Source of the DNA: Phycisphaerae bacterium
GTDB taxonomy: Bacteria; Planctomycetota; Phycisphaerae; FEN-1346; JAACEH01
Direction: 5' to 3'
Length of the DNA stretch: 64,000 bases
Assembly (NCBI GenBank): GCA_041690105.1
Contig: JAWLHX010000003.1
Location: 29,126-93,125, forward strand
A program made the position numbers and the translations under genes. The notes under the pieces were generated by a model. The model had not been told where the DNA came from and searched no databases. It saw nothing but the letters and a program-made list of their open reading frames with translations. This document shows, piece by piece, positions 37,752 to 47,116 of the stretch (within the stretch, counting starts at the first letter, position 1; every line of letters starts with the position of its first letter).

Positions 37752-38722
37752 GCGCGGGCGGAGAGTCTTCCGGCGCCGGCCAGGCTGGCGGCAAGCCAAT
37801 TGTGGGGGCGGCCGAGTCGGCATCGCGCGGCAGCCGTGGTGCGGTCGATCTGAAGGCGGTGCTTGGTGAGGTTTCGGGCTTGGTTGACAATCGGCTCGGG
37901 GAGTTGCTGAAGTCGCCCGATCCGCAGTGCGCAAGCATTTATGAGGCCATGTTTTACAGCCTGATGGCGGGCGGCAAACGGTTCCGGCCGGCACTTGTTC
38001 TCTTGACCAGTCGCATGCTTGGGGCAGCCGATGATGTTGCTTTGCCGGCGGCCTGCGCCATCGAGATGGTTCATACTTACAGCCTGATTCACGATGATCT
38101 GCCGGCCATGGATAATGACGACCTGCGTCGCGGCCGGCCGACAAGTCACAAGGTTTTCGGCGAGGCCATGGCTATTCTGGCCGGCGATGCCCTGCTGACG
38201 GAGGCATTCGTGGTGCTTTCGACGCGAGTGGCCGATGGGCAGCGGTCGGCCGCCCTGGTGCGGGAATTGTCGACTGCGGCCGGCGCGTGCGGCATGGTAG
38301 GCGGCCAGGTGCTGGACCTGGAGAGCGAGGGCCGTGAGGGCCGGGACTGGCCGGTGGAGTCGATTCATCGGCGGAAGACGGGGCAGCTTATTCTGGCGGC
38401 AGTGCGGCTGGGGGCTGTCTCGGCGGGTGCTGATGAGGGGACACTGGATCGGCTTAGCGAATACGGTAGGCAGGTTGGGCTGGCTTTTCAGATTGCCGAT
38501 GACGTTCTGGATGCTCGGGGTACGGCCGAGAGCCTGGGCAAGACGGCGGGCAAGGACGCTGCCAGCGGCAAACGGACCTATGTTTCGGTATATGGCCTGG
38601 AGGAGTCGGAGCGGCGGGCCGATGCCGCCCTGGCGGCAGCAATCGAGGCTTTGGAGCCATTCGGGGCGGCTGCGGAGCCCCTCAGGGCTCTGGCCCGTTT
38701 TTGTGTGGAGCGAAAGAGCTAG
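37748..38722 (+). CDS. ispA: Polyprenyl diphosphate synthase (farnesyl/geranylgeranyl diphosphate synthase, IspA family)
   Basis: FARM motif LIHDDLPAMDNDDLRRG and second DDxxD motif (FQIADDVLD); ATGA overlap with xseB; classic xseB-ispA-dxs order. Confidence 0.85.
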   Translation: MSAGGESSGAGQAGGKPIVGAAESASRGSRGAVDLKAVLGEVSGLVDNRLGELLKSPDPQCASIYEAMFYSLMAGGKRFRPALVLLTSRMLGAADDVALPAACAIEMVHTYSLIHDDLPAMDNDDLRRGRPTSHKVFGEAMAILAGDALLTEAFVVLSTRVADGQRSAALVRELSTAAGACGMVGGQVLDLESEGREGRDWPVESIHRRKTGQLILAAVRLGAVSAGADEGTLDRLSEYGRQVGLAFQIADDVLDARGTAESLGKTAGKDAASGKRTYVSVYGLEESERRADAALAAAIEALEPFGAAAEPLRALARFCVERKS

Positions 38723-38749
38723 AAGTCGTACCATATTGCTGGTCGGCTT

Positions 38750-38950
38750 CTGTCGTTACCCTTCTCACCCGCCCTGAGCTCCGCCGAAGGGCTTGACGGG
38801 AGAAGGTGGCCCGTAGGGCCGGATGAGGGTGAGGTTGTTGAGAGGGCGAAGAGCTTTCCTCGCGGCCGACACCCCCACCTGTCTCCGCTTCGCGGAGACA
38901 TCCTCCCCCGTCAAGGGGGAGGGGTTTAACGGCAACGGCTGAGGCTGAGA
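38750..38950. repeat. Type-2 GC-rich intergenic repeat element (copy B) between ispA and dxs
   Basis: ~85% identical over shared blocks to 22781-23040, including the CCTCCCCC-GTCAA-GGGGGAGG hairpin, the CACCCCCACCTGTCTCCG block and the terminal AACGGCAACGGC. Confidence 0.75.
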
Positions 38951-39018
38951 GGGCTTGGCCGCCATGACTATTATGTGCCTGATCTGGGGCACTCATTAAC
39001 AGGTAAGCGAGCATAAGG

Positions 39019-40941
39019 TTGATTCTTGAACAGATAAAATCTCCAGAGGACCTTGGCGGGCTGACTGCGGCTCAGTTGCAGAGTCTGGCAGGCGAGATCC
39101 GTCAGCGGATAACCGACGTCGTGGCTCAGACCGGTGGTCATCTGGCTAGCAATCTGGGTGTGGTCGAACTTACCCTGGCCCTGCATCGGGTGTTCGACTT
39201 CAAGCAGGACCACCTGGTTTTCGATGTCGGTCATCAGTGCTACACTCATAAACTGCTGACGGGTCGCGAGGCCGAATTCAACACTCTGCGTCAGGAGGGC
39301 GGGCTGAGCGGCTTCCCGAACCGGCGCGAGAGTCCGCTCTACGATCGGTTTACCACCGGCCATGCGGGGGTCAGCATTTCGACCGCCCTGGGGTTGGCCC
39401 TGGCCGATAAGGCCGCCGGCCGGCCGCATCGTACGGTGGCGGTCATTGGCGATGGGGCCCTGGGCAGCGGCGTGGCTCTGGAAGGCCTGAACCATGCCGG
39501 CAGCGTGAAGGCGAATCTGCTGGTTATCCTGAATGACAATAAGATGTGCATCAGCGGGACGGTGGGGGCTCTGGCTCATGCCTTCACCCGGGCCCGGACG
39601 AGCGATTTGTATCGCGACTTCAGCAAAGAGGTCCGGCGGATGGTGCAGACCATGCCGGTCATCGGCAGCCAGTTGCGGCAAACGCTATCGACGGTAAAGG
39701 ATGCCATCAAGGACGTGATTGTGCCGGACCATGCTTTCGAGCACTTCGGCTTTCGGGTTCTGGGGCCGGTCAACGGTCATAATCTGCGGGAGTTGCTGCG
39801 GACGCTGGAAGAGGTGCGGACGATAAGCGGCCCGATAATGCTGCACGTCTGCACGGAGAAGGGTCACGGATTTGACCCTGCGGTGCGCAATCCGGCCGAT
39901 TATCATAGCGCTTCGCCCTTCATCGAGCAGAATGGCAAGGTTGTTCCGCGTGCGGCGGCCTCACAACAACCGGCCTGGGGCGATGCGGCTGCTCGGATCA
40001 TTCTGGAGATGGCTTCTGCGGATGAGCGGGTAATGGCCATAACCGCGGCCATGCCGGCCGGCACGGGGCTTTGTGCCTTCGAGGAGCAGTATCCGGAGCG
40101 TTTTTTCGATGCCGGCATAGCCGAGAGCCACGCCGTGGCCATGGCCGCTGGTCTGGCGGCCGGCGGCATGCGTCCGGTGTGCGCCATTTATTCCACCTTC
40201 CTGCAGCGATCGTACGATCAGTTGTTCCACGAGCTTGCCCTGAACGAGAATCTGCCTGTGCTGATGCTGGTGGACCGGGCCGGGCTGGTTGGGGCCGACG
40301 GCATGACGCACCAGGGGCTTTACGACATTGCCTACATGCGGAGTCTGCCGAACCTTGTTCTGGCGGCTCCGGCCGATGAGGGGGAGCTTGGGGGTTTGAT
40401 TCGCCTGGGGCTGGAGATTGAGCAGTCGATGGCCATTCGTTATCCGCGTGACGTTGTTCCTGCCGGCGACCTGTGCCAGGCCGAGGGCGAGCATCCGATG
40501 CGCCTGGGTCGGGCGGCAGTCATTCGCCCTGGTACCGACGGGGCTATTGTGGCCTATGGTTCGACCGTTCCGGCGGCCCTTGGTGCTGCTGACTTACTGG
40601 CCGCCGAGGGGCTGAAGGTGGCGGTCATCAGCGGGCGTTTTGCCAAACCGCTGGACGAGGATTTGATGGCCGAACTGGCCGAGGTGCAGCCCTGGCTGAT
40701 AACGGTTGAGGACGGTTGCCAGGCGGGTGGTTTCGGCAGTGCCGTTCTGGAATCGCTTCAGCGGCGGGGCTTGGCCGGCAAGCTGGCCGATATTGTGGCT
40801 GTGCCGGATGAGCTTGTTGAGCATGCCTCGCGGGGCGTATTGCTGGAACGATTTGATATGACGGCCACGGGCCTGGCGCGGCGGGCCAGGCGGGTAATGG
40901 CCGCAAGCGACGACGTAAAGCAGTCCGGCGACAACAAATAG
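39019..40941 (+). CDS. dxs: 1-deoxy-D-xylulose-5-phosphate synthase
   Basis: N-terminal Dxs signature (ILEQIKSPEDL...GGHLASNLGVVELTLALHRVFD...DHLVFDVGHQCYTHKLLTGR), TPP-binding GDG motif, 640 aa. Confidence 0.9.
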   Translation: MILEQIKSPEDLGGLTAAQLQSLAGEIRQRITDVVAQTGGHLASNLGVVELTLALHRVFDFKQDHLVFDVGHQCYTHKLLTGREAEFNTLRQEGGLSGFPNRRESPLYDRFTTGHAGVSISTALGLALADKAAGRPHRTVAVIGDGALGSGVALEGLNHAGSVKANLLVILNDNKMCISGTVGALAHAFTRARTSDLYRDFSKEVRRMVQTMPVIGSQLRQTLSTVKDAIKDVIVPDHAFEHFGFRVLGPVNGHNLRELLRTLEEVRTISGPIMLHVCTEKGHGFDPAVRNPADYHSASPFIEQNGKVVPRAAASQQPAWGDAAARIILEMASADERVMAITAAMPAGTGLCAFEEQYPERFFDAGIAESHAVAMAAGLAAGGMRPVCAIYSTFLQRSYDQLFHELALNENLPVLMLVDRAGLVGADGMTHQGLYDIAYMRSLPNLVLAAPADEGELGGLIRLGLEIEQSMAIRYPRDVVPAGDLCQAEGEHPMRLGRAAVIRPGTDGAIVAYGSTVPAALGAADLLAAEGLKVAVISGRFAKPLDEDLMAELAEVQPWLITVEDGCQAGGFGSAVLESLQRRGLAGKLADIVAVPDELVEHASRGVLLERFDMTATGLARRARRVMAASDDVKQSGDNK

Positions 40942-41053
40942 CATCTGCCAGCGGGCACCGGGCGGATGAGCGACAACGACAGGCGGACAATCGGCAGCAT
41001 GGCCAAAACCGGGGCGAATTATCGGCCCTGGCGGGTGCAGGCGGATAAATAGG

Positions 41054-41905
41054 ATGAAAACGGTCAGGAAAATCCTGGTTGTCGGGCACCGGTCGCGGCC
41101 GCAGGTATCGGGCACGATTGACGAGCTGCGCCCGTTGCTGGAATCCGAGGGTGAGGTCGAGGTGCTCGACCTGGAGGATCTGGAGGGTCGGCGGGGTAAT
41201 CTTGTGGCTGATTTGGCCCTGATCGTCGGGGGCGACGGTTCGATTCTCAGGGCGGCCCGCAGCCTGGCTCCGGCGGGCGTGCCCTGCATGGGCGTGAACA
41301 TGGGGCGGCTGGGTTTTCTGGCCAGCTATCAGAAGTCGGACATGGCTGAATCTTTTCCGGGGCTGATGAACGGCGGCGGGCGGCGGGTTGAGCGGATGAT
41401 GCTGAACGTGCGCATCGAGTCGGCGGGCGGCAACTGCCAGGAGATTCCGGCCCTGAACGACGTTCTGATCAGCCATGGCGAGCGCCATCGGATGATCGGG
41501 CTGGTGCTTGACATCGATGGCCAGTCGGTGGCCACGTTCCATGGCGATGGAGCGCTGGTCAGCACGCCGACTGGTTCGACGGGGCATAATCTGGCTGCCG
41601 GCGGGCCGATTCTGGAGTCCCGGCTGGAGTCGATGGTGATAACGCCGGTTTGTCCGCACACGCTCAGCAATCGTTCGATAGTGATTGGCGGGCAGTCCTG
41701 CGTGCGCGTGAGCCTGGCCAGCCATGATCGCGAAGCCACTTGCATTGTCGATGGGCAGGTTCAGCTGCCGATTGTGCGGGGCGACGTGGTGCAGATAGAG
41801 AAGGCCGTGGAGAAGTTCGTACTGATCGAGAACCCTCGTCGGACGGGCTACGACACGTTGCGCGAGAAGCTTCACTGGAGCCAGGCTCCGCATTACAGCA
41901 AGTGA
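41054..41905 (+). CDS. nadK: NAD+ kinase
   Basis: GGDGSILRAAR and NMGRLGFL motifs, ~280 aa. Confidence 0.85.
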   Translation: MKTVRKILVVGHRSRPQVSGTIDELRPLLESEGEVEVLDLEDLEGRRGNLVADLALIVGGDGSILRAARSLAPAGVPCMGVNMGRLGFLASYQKSDMAESFPGLMNGGGRRVERMMLNVRIESAGGNCQEIPALNDVLISHGERHRMIGLVLDIDGQSVATFHGDGALVSTPTGSTGHNLAAGGPILESRLESMVITPVCPHTLSNRSIVIGGQSCVRVSLASHDREATCIVDGQVQLPIVRGDVVQIEKAVEKFVLIENPRRTGYDTLREKLHWSQAPHYSK

Positions 41906-41918
41906 GGCAGAAGAGGAG

Positions 41919-42218
41919 TTGGTGCTGATGGCAGAAATTAGAATCAGTGGTTATTACTGCAAGGGCTGCGGGCTGTGCATCGATGCCTGCCCGTCGCAGT
42001 GCCTGCGCATAAGTTCGTCGCTGAATGACACCGGCGTACAGGTGGCCGAGGTAGTCGATGGCGGCATATGCAGGGGCTGCCTGCAATGTCATGCCGTCTG
42101 CCCGGATGCCGCAATCGAGATCCTGGTGGCTGCCAGAAAATCGCAGAAGGCGGCCGCATCGGCCGGCAGTGTCGGCGGGGGACAGAAGAAGTCGGAGGGA
42201 GCCGCCGGTGATAGATAA
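41919..42218 (+). CDS. 2-oxoacid:ferredoxin oxidoreductase delta subunit (2x[4Fe-4S] ferredoxin)
   Basis: Two CxxCxxCxxxCP motifs (CKGCGLCIDACP; CRGCLQCHAVCP); first of four por-like genes. Confidence 0.75.
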   Translation: MVLMAEIRISGYYCKGCGLCIDACPSQCLRISSSLNDTGVQVAEVVDGGICRGCLQCHAVCPDAAIEILVAARKSQKAAASAGSVGGGQKKSEGAAGDR

Positions 42219-43287
42219 TGGTTCCGCAACAAGCGAACTGATTCTGATGGCCGGTAACGTGGCCGCGGCCGAGGGCGCTGTGCGTGCCGGCTGCCGGCAT
42301 TACTTCGGCTATCCGATAACGCCGCAAAACGATCTGCCGGAATACATGTCGTCGCGCATGCCGGAGATTGGCGGCACGTTCATCCAGGCCGAGAGCGAAT
42401 TGGCAGCCATCAGCATGGTGCACGGTGCGGCCGCGGCCGGTGCTCCAGCAATGACCAGCAGCAGCAGTCCGGGTATCAGCCTGAAGCAGGAAGGGCTGAG
42501 CTACATGGCTGGCAGCCAGTTGCCCTGCCTGCTTGTGAACGTGCAGCGTGCGGGGCCGGGTCTGGGCGACGTGCGATGTGCCCAGGGCGATTATTTTCAG
42601 GCCACCCGGGGCGGCGGTCACGGCGATTACTATCATCCGGTGCTCGCCCCATATACGGTGCAGGAGACTTACGACCTGGCCTACGAGGGCCTGCTGATGG
42701 CCATGCGTTACCGCACGCCGGTCATGATTCTGTCCGATCAGCAGTTAGGCCAGATGATGGAGCCGGTGGAACTGAGCCCGATGCGTCCGCTGCCTGACAA
42801 ATGGCCTGATTGGGCTTTGACCGGGGCTGCCGGCGGGCGTCCGCGAAATTACATCCACAGTTACTGCGGGCGGCCCGGCGAGCTGGTGGCTCTTAATCGG
42901 ACGCTGATGGATAAGTGCGAGCAGATGAGCCGGGACCTGTTGCGATTTGAATCGGTTGCTACAGACGACGCCGAACTTGTTTTAGTGGCTTATGGCACCA
43001 GTGCCCGGCTGGCCAAGGCGGCGGTGGCTCGCTGCCGGGCGGCCGGGTTGAAGGTTGGTCTTTTGCGGCCGATTACCTTGTGGCCCTTCCCGAGCGATGA
43101 GCTTGCAGCCCTGGCCGAAAAGGGCAAGCGCATGCTGGTGGTTGAGATGAGTTGGGGCCAGATGGTGCAGGACGTGCGGCTGGCGGTTAATGGTGTGGTG
43201 TCGGTTGGTTTGGAAAACACCTTTGGCGGCGATGTGCCGAGCATCGGCAGCATTGTTCAGCGGATTAAGCAGGAACTTGGCGCTTAG
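42208..43287 (+). CDS. 2-oxoacid:ferredoxin oxidoreductase alpha subunit
   Basis: Probable GTG start ~42208 (the track ORF begins further upstream in the same frame, overlapping the delta gene). ELILMAGNVAAAEGAVRAGCRHYFGYPITPQNDL is the canonical PorA/KorA/VorB N-terminus. Confidence 0.75.
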   Translation: MIDNGSATSELILMAGNVAAAEGAVRAGCRHYFGYPITPQNDLPEYMSSRMPEIGGTFIQAESELAAISMVHGAAAAGAPAMTSSSSPGISLKQEGLSYMAGSQLPCLLVNVQRAGPGLGDVRCAQGDYFQATRGGGHGDYYHPVLAPYTVQETYDLAYEGLLMAMRYRTPVMILSDQQLGQMMEPVELSPMRPLPDKWPDWALTGAAGGRPRNYIHSYCGRPGELVALNRTLMDKCEQMSRDLLRFESVATDDAELVLVAYGTSARLAKAAVARCRAAGLKVGLLRPITLWPFPSDELAALAEKGKRMLVVEMSWGQMVQDVRLAVNGVVSVGLENTFGGDVPSIGSIVQRIKQELGA

Positions 43288-43289
43288 TG

Positions 43290-43575
43290 GTGCTTGCGGC
43301 GGTAGATTAAGAGGCAAGGCAACGGCAGAAGAAACTTGCGTTTTTTGGCGTGCGGACATGGCAGATAAGCACCCACAAACGAGTTTGTGGGTGGCACCCG
43401 CGGGGGATTAATACGGCAACGGCAGAAGAAACGGCGTCCCCCGGCAGTGCCGGGGGCTTCAACGGCAACATCAACGGCAACGGCAACAGCAGCAACAATC
43501 GCAGAGCAGCAATAATCGCAGAGCAGCGGCAGTCGCAGAGATGCAGCAGCGCTTGGTATGGCGGTGGCAATTAGC
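43290..43575. repeat. ~290-bp repeat-rich intergenic region inside the por operon (type-1 hairpin fragment, direct repeats, 11-bp-stem hairpin)
   Basis: GCACCCACAAACGAGTTTGTGGGTGGC perfect hairpin; CAACGGCAGAAGAAAC x2; CCCCCGGCAGTGCCGGGGGCTTCAACGGCAAC (type-1 hairpin); AATCGCAGAGCAGC x2; CAACGGCAAC runs. Confidence 0.75.
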
Positions 43576-43585
43576 CTGATTCGAG

Positions 43586-44356
43586 GTGGTTATGTCGGAA
43601 GATATGGTATTAAAGGCAGGTCGTCCGCAGTCGATGTCGGAAGCCCGGACTCATTATTGCCCCGGTTGCGGCCATGGCATCGCCCATCGGCTGATAATGG
43701 AACTGGTTGACGAGATGGACCTGCGCGAGCGCATAATCGGCATAGCGCCAGTGGGCTGCGCGGTGGTGGCTTATCATTACTTTGACCTGGACATGTGCGA
43801 GGCCGCTCATGGCCGGGCTCCGGCGGTGGCCACGGGCATAAAGCGGGTGCATCCGGACAAGCTGGTATTCAGTTACCAGGGCGACGGCGATCTGGCGGCC
43901 ATCGGCACCAACGAAATAATTCATGCGGCCAACCGCGGCGAGCTGATAAGCGTGATCTTCGTCAACAATACCTGCTACGGGATGACCGGCGGCCAGATGG
44001 CTCCGACCACGATTGTGGGCCAGAAGACCAGCACCACGCCGCACGGTCGTAACCTGCTGAGCGAGGGGCCGCCGTTGCGCGTATCGGAGATGCTGGCCCA
44101 GTTGGAGCGGGTGGTTTATGCCGAGCGCTGCATGCTGACTACGGCCCGTGAGATCGGCAAGGCCAAGAAGGCCATTGCCCGCAGTTTGCGCTGCCAGATG
44201 GAAGGCAAGGGCTTCAGCATTGTTGAATTGCTGTCGGCCTGCCCGACCCACTGGCGTATGAACCCGAGCGATGCCCGCGATTACATTGAATCGCGACTGA
44301 CGAAGGATTTTCCGCTGGGCGTGATCAAAAATACTGCCTGGCCGGATGAGGCCTGA
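43586..44356 (+). CDS. 2-oxoacid:ferredoxin oxidoreductase beta subunit (TPP-binding)
   Basis: HYCPGCGHGIAHRL cysteine motif and TPP-binding GDGD region typical of PorB/KorB. Confidence 0.8.
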   Translation: MVMSEDMVLKAGRPQSMSEARTHYCPGCGHGIAHRLIMELVDEMDLRERIIGIAPVGCAVVAYHYFDLDMCEAAHGRAPAVATGIKRVHPDKLVFSYQGDGDLAAIGTNEIIHAANRGELISVIFVNNTCYGMTGGQMAPTTIVGQKTSTTPHGRNLLSEGPPLRVSEMLAQLERVVYAERCMLTTAREIGKAKKAIARSLRCQMEGKGFSIVELLSACPTHWRMNPSDARDYIESRLTKDFPLGVIKNTAWPDEA

Positions 44357-44471
44357 ACATGTTGTGCCCCGCCCCGGGGAGGGTCGCGGGAGGGGGGGCG
44401 GCAAGGGCCGCCGGCGGCGCAATGGCGGCTGATGCGAAGAGGAATTTCAGGTAAACAAGCGGCCGAATCAG

Positions 44472-45056
44472 GTGCCGACGAGAGACGATAGTGAAGGACG
44501 GATCAGCATGGACGAACGTATTCTTCTGGCTGGGGCAGGTGGGCAGGGGGCGCTGACAATCGGCAAGTTTATCGCCGAGCTGCTGATGAGCAAGCACCGG
44601 GTGACCTGGTTTCCGAGCTATGGGGCGGAGGTCCGCGGGGGCACGGCCCACTGCCATGTGGTGATCAGCGATGATGAGATTGCCAACCCGGTGGTTGAGG
44701 AGGCGACGGCCCTGCTGATGATGAATCAGCCGAGTTACCTGCGCTTTCGCCAGCGACTGCAGAGCGATGGCGTGCTGGTGACGAATTCGTCGATGATTGT
44801 GCTCGATCCGCCAACGCCGGCATCGGTTGTGGTGGAGGTTGCAGCCTCGGAGCTGGCCAGCAAAATGGGCGACATCCGGGTGGCGAACATGATCATGCTC
44901 GGGGCCCTGAACCAGGTGAAGCCGCTGATGACGGTGGACGAGCTTAACGGCATGGTCGACAAAGTGCTCGGCACATCACCATCGAAAGCCCGCATAAGTG
45001 ACCTGAACAAACAGGCCTTTCTGGTAGGGCAGAAAGAAGCAGCGGTGGAGCTTTAA
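44472..45056 (+). CDS. 2-oxoacid:ferredoxin oxidoreductase gamma subunit
   Basis: ILLAGAGGQGALTIGKFIAELL N-terminus typical of the POR gamma domain. A likelier start is the internal ATG ~44508 (GAAGGA RBS). Confidence 0.75.
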   Translation: MPTRDDSEGRISMDERILLAGAGGQGALTIGKFIAELLMSKHRVTWFPSYGAEVRGGTAHCHVVISDDEIANPVVEEATALLMMNQPSYLRFRQRLQSDGVLVTNSSMIVLDPPTPASVVVEVAASELASKMGDIRVANMIMLGALNQVKPLMTVDELNGMVDKVLGTSPSKARISDLNKQAFLVGQKEAAVEL

Positions 45057-45069
45057 CGGGCATGGGCTG

Positions 45070-45400
45070 ACTTCGTCAGACCATGGCACAGATTTATCCT
45101 TCTTCTAACCATCTTCCGTTTGGCCTTTGAAGCCCCCGGCACTGCCGGGGGATTCGAATGTCAGCAAACTCCGCGGGTCCAAAACAAAGAAGCAACGGCA
45201 ACGACATCCCCCTGCAGTGCAGGGGGCTTTAGAACGACAACGGCCGCGACAACGGCAAGGGCCTCCCGCGGCGAATTGTTTTAAGCCCCCGGCACTGCCG
45301 GGGGATCGAACGTCAGCATTCTCTGCAATTCGAATGAGCACCCGGCGGCACAAAACATTAACGTCAACAGCAACAATCAACGGTCGCGGCGGCGGTAGAG
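45070..45400. repeat. Type-1 two-hairpin repeat element in reverse orientation, plus a second partial copy
   Basis: 45121-45250 is the reverse complement (~85-90% identity) of the 8077-8215 unit (GAAGCCCCCGGCACTGCCGGGGGAT...AAGAAGCAACGGCAACGACATCCCCCTGCAGTGCAGGGGGCTTTAGAACGACAACGGCC). A second hairpin copy lies at ~45285-45310 (AAGCCCCCGGCACTGCCGGGGGATCGAACG), and CAACAGCAACAATCAACGG runs follow. Confidence 0.8.
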
Positions 45401-45401
45401 G

Positions 45402-46775
45402 TCAGCTTGCCGGTACGATTTGTGGCGGGGTTTCGCCTGCTTCGGTCATGCGCTTAATGAGTCGGGCGGCCAGTTCGGTCCGGACATCGGCCAGTGCCGG
45501 ATCGGCAACAAGATTGTTCTTTTGATGCGGATCGGCCAGATTGTCGTAGAGGTAGTCTTCGGCGTAGAGGTCACTGTCGGGATAGTCGACTCCGCTGAGC
45601 TCCGGGGCCCTGACGCTGTAGGTCCAGCGGTGGGTGCGGATGGCCCGGCCGACGTGGCTTTCGCTTATCTGGACAAAGACGTCGTCGGGCCAGTCGGCGG
45701 GGGCTTCGCCGCAGGCCAGGGCTTGCAGCGGCCGGCCCTGCATGGTTGGCAGAGGCTGACGGCCACCGGCGGTCAGCACGGTTGGCGGCAGGTCGATCAG
45801 GCTGACCAGTTGCTCCACCACTTTGCCGCCGGTAAAGCCTGGGCCGCGGATTATCATCGGGATACGCAGGCAACTGTCGTGACAGGATCGCTTGTATTCC
45901 CCGTTGCGGGTGCGGAAGTGGCAGCCGTGGTCGCTGGTATAGATGATCAGCGTATTGTCCAGAATGCCCTGCCGCTGGAGTTCCTGGCGGATTCGTCCGA
46001 AGTTGGCGTCGAGACTGGCGCAGCAGCCGAGGTAGTCCGGATAGTTTTCGCGCCAATCGCCATCGGTTCCGCGGAGATCGCCGGGTACGTCAAAATCGGC
46101 GAATCGCTGTTTGCTGCCTTCGGGCCCTTCGAAACGGTTGTGGTCGTTCTGGTGGTGCGGCTCGATGTATGACAGAAACATGAAGAATGGCTGGCTTTGG
46201 CCCTCGCGGCTGCGCAGATACTGCAGGGCAAAATCGGTCTGGCAATCGGCCCGATAGCCCTTGAATTCCACCTTGTTCATCTCGGCGTCAAACATGAATC
46301 CATCGTAGCCATGGCTGGTTGATTCCAGGGTATCGGCCGCCATCCAGAACTCGTTCCACCCGCCGCGGCGCTCGGGCGGGGTGGCCACGGTGCGGTAATT
46401 CTGCTCCGGAATCTGCTGCTGGCCGACTTTGCCGCCACTTGAGGCCAGGTGCCATTTGCCGACGTAGGCCAGGCTGTAATCGGAATCGGCCATTTCGTGG
46501 GCGATGGTGCGCTCGTCTTGCGGCAGGGCGATATGGTTGCGGAAGCAGCCGATCTCGGTGGCGTATCGGCCGGTCTGGAGGCACGAGCGGGCCGGGCCGC
46601 AGACGGGCTGACAGGTGAAGGCCCGGTCGAATCGGACGCCCTCGGCTGCCAACTGGTCCAGGTTTGGCGTTATGTTCAGCCTTTGGCCGTAGCAGCCCAT
46701 GGTGTCCCAGCGTTGTTGATCGGAGAAGACGAAAAGGATGCTGGGCCGGGAGTCGGGGGCGGTCATAATTGTCAT
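45402..46775 (-). CDS. Sulfatase (formylglycine-dependent arylsulfatase family)
   Basis: SILFVFSDQQRWDTMGCYGQ and the C-x-P-x-R formylglycine motif (CQPVCGPARSCLQTG); 457 aa. Confidence 0.85.
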   Translation of the reverse strand: MTIMTAPDSRPSILFVFSDQQRWDTMGCYGQRLNITPNLDQLAAEGVRFDRAFTCQPVCGPARSCLQTGRYATEIGCFRNHIALPQDERTIAHEMADSDYSLAYVGKWHLASSGGKVGQQQIPEQNYRTVATPPERRGGWNEFWMAADTLESTSHGYDGFMFDAEMNKVEFKGYRADCQTDFALQYLRSREGQSQPFFMFLSYIEPHHQNDHNRFEGPEGSKQRFADFDVPGDLRGTDGDWRENYPDYLGCCASLDANFGRIRQELQRQGILDNTLIIYTSDHGCHFRTRNGEYKRSCHDSCLRIPMIIRGPGFTGGKVVEQLVSLIDLPPTVLTAGGRQPLPTMQGRPLQALACGEAPADWPDDVFVQISESHVGRAIRTHRWTYSVRAPELSGVDYPDSDLYAEDYLYDNLADPHQKNNLVADPALADVRTELAARLIKRMTEAGETPPQIVPAS

Positions 46776-47116
46776 TCCTGATGAAGGTTGTGGTGACCAA
46801 ACGTCTTGGCAGGACAGAAAATAACAGATGGCGGCCGGCTGGTCAATGTAATCGGCAGGGCGCGCCCTGGCGGGCTCAGGTGTCCAGCGGAGGCGGGCAA
46901 AAACTGCCTCTGGGCAAAGGTCGTATTATATTCCCGGCTAAAGACTTAGGGGGATTCAGGCAAAATGCGATTGGTTGGCTGCGGGTAGTCATGGTAAAAT
47001 AGATAAGGAGAAAGTAGGATTCAGTCCGATAAGCATAGGAGGCGATACGTTTGTCGTCCGCTTGCCGGTGGTGCTACCGGCCGAAGTCGGACTGGGATGT
47101 TTCCGGGAGGTGCAAG

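Noticed and set aside
36326-38734. Minus-strand ORFs 36326..37531 and 37604..38734
   Set aside because: Antisense to xseA, xseB and ispA, which have clear family signatures on the plus strand.
40628-41893. 421-aa minus-strand ORF, plus 38971..39681 and 39961..40494 minus ORFs
   Set aside because: Antisense shadows of dxs and nadK.
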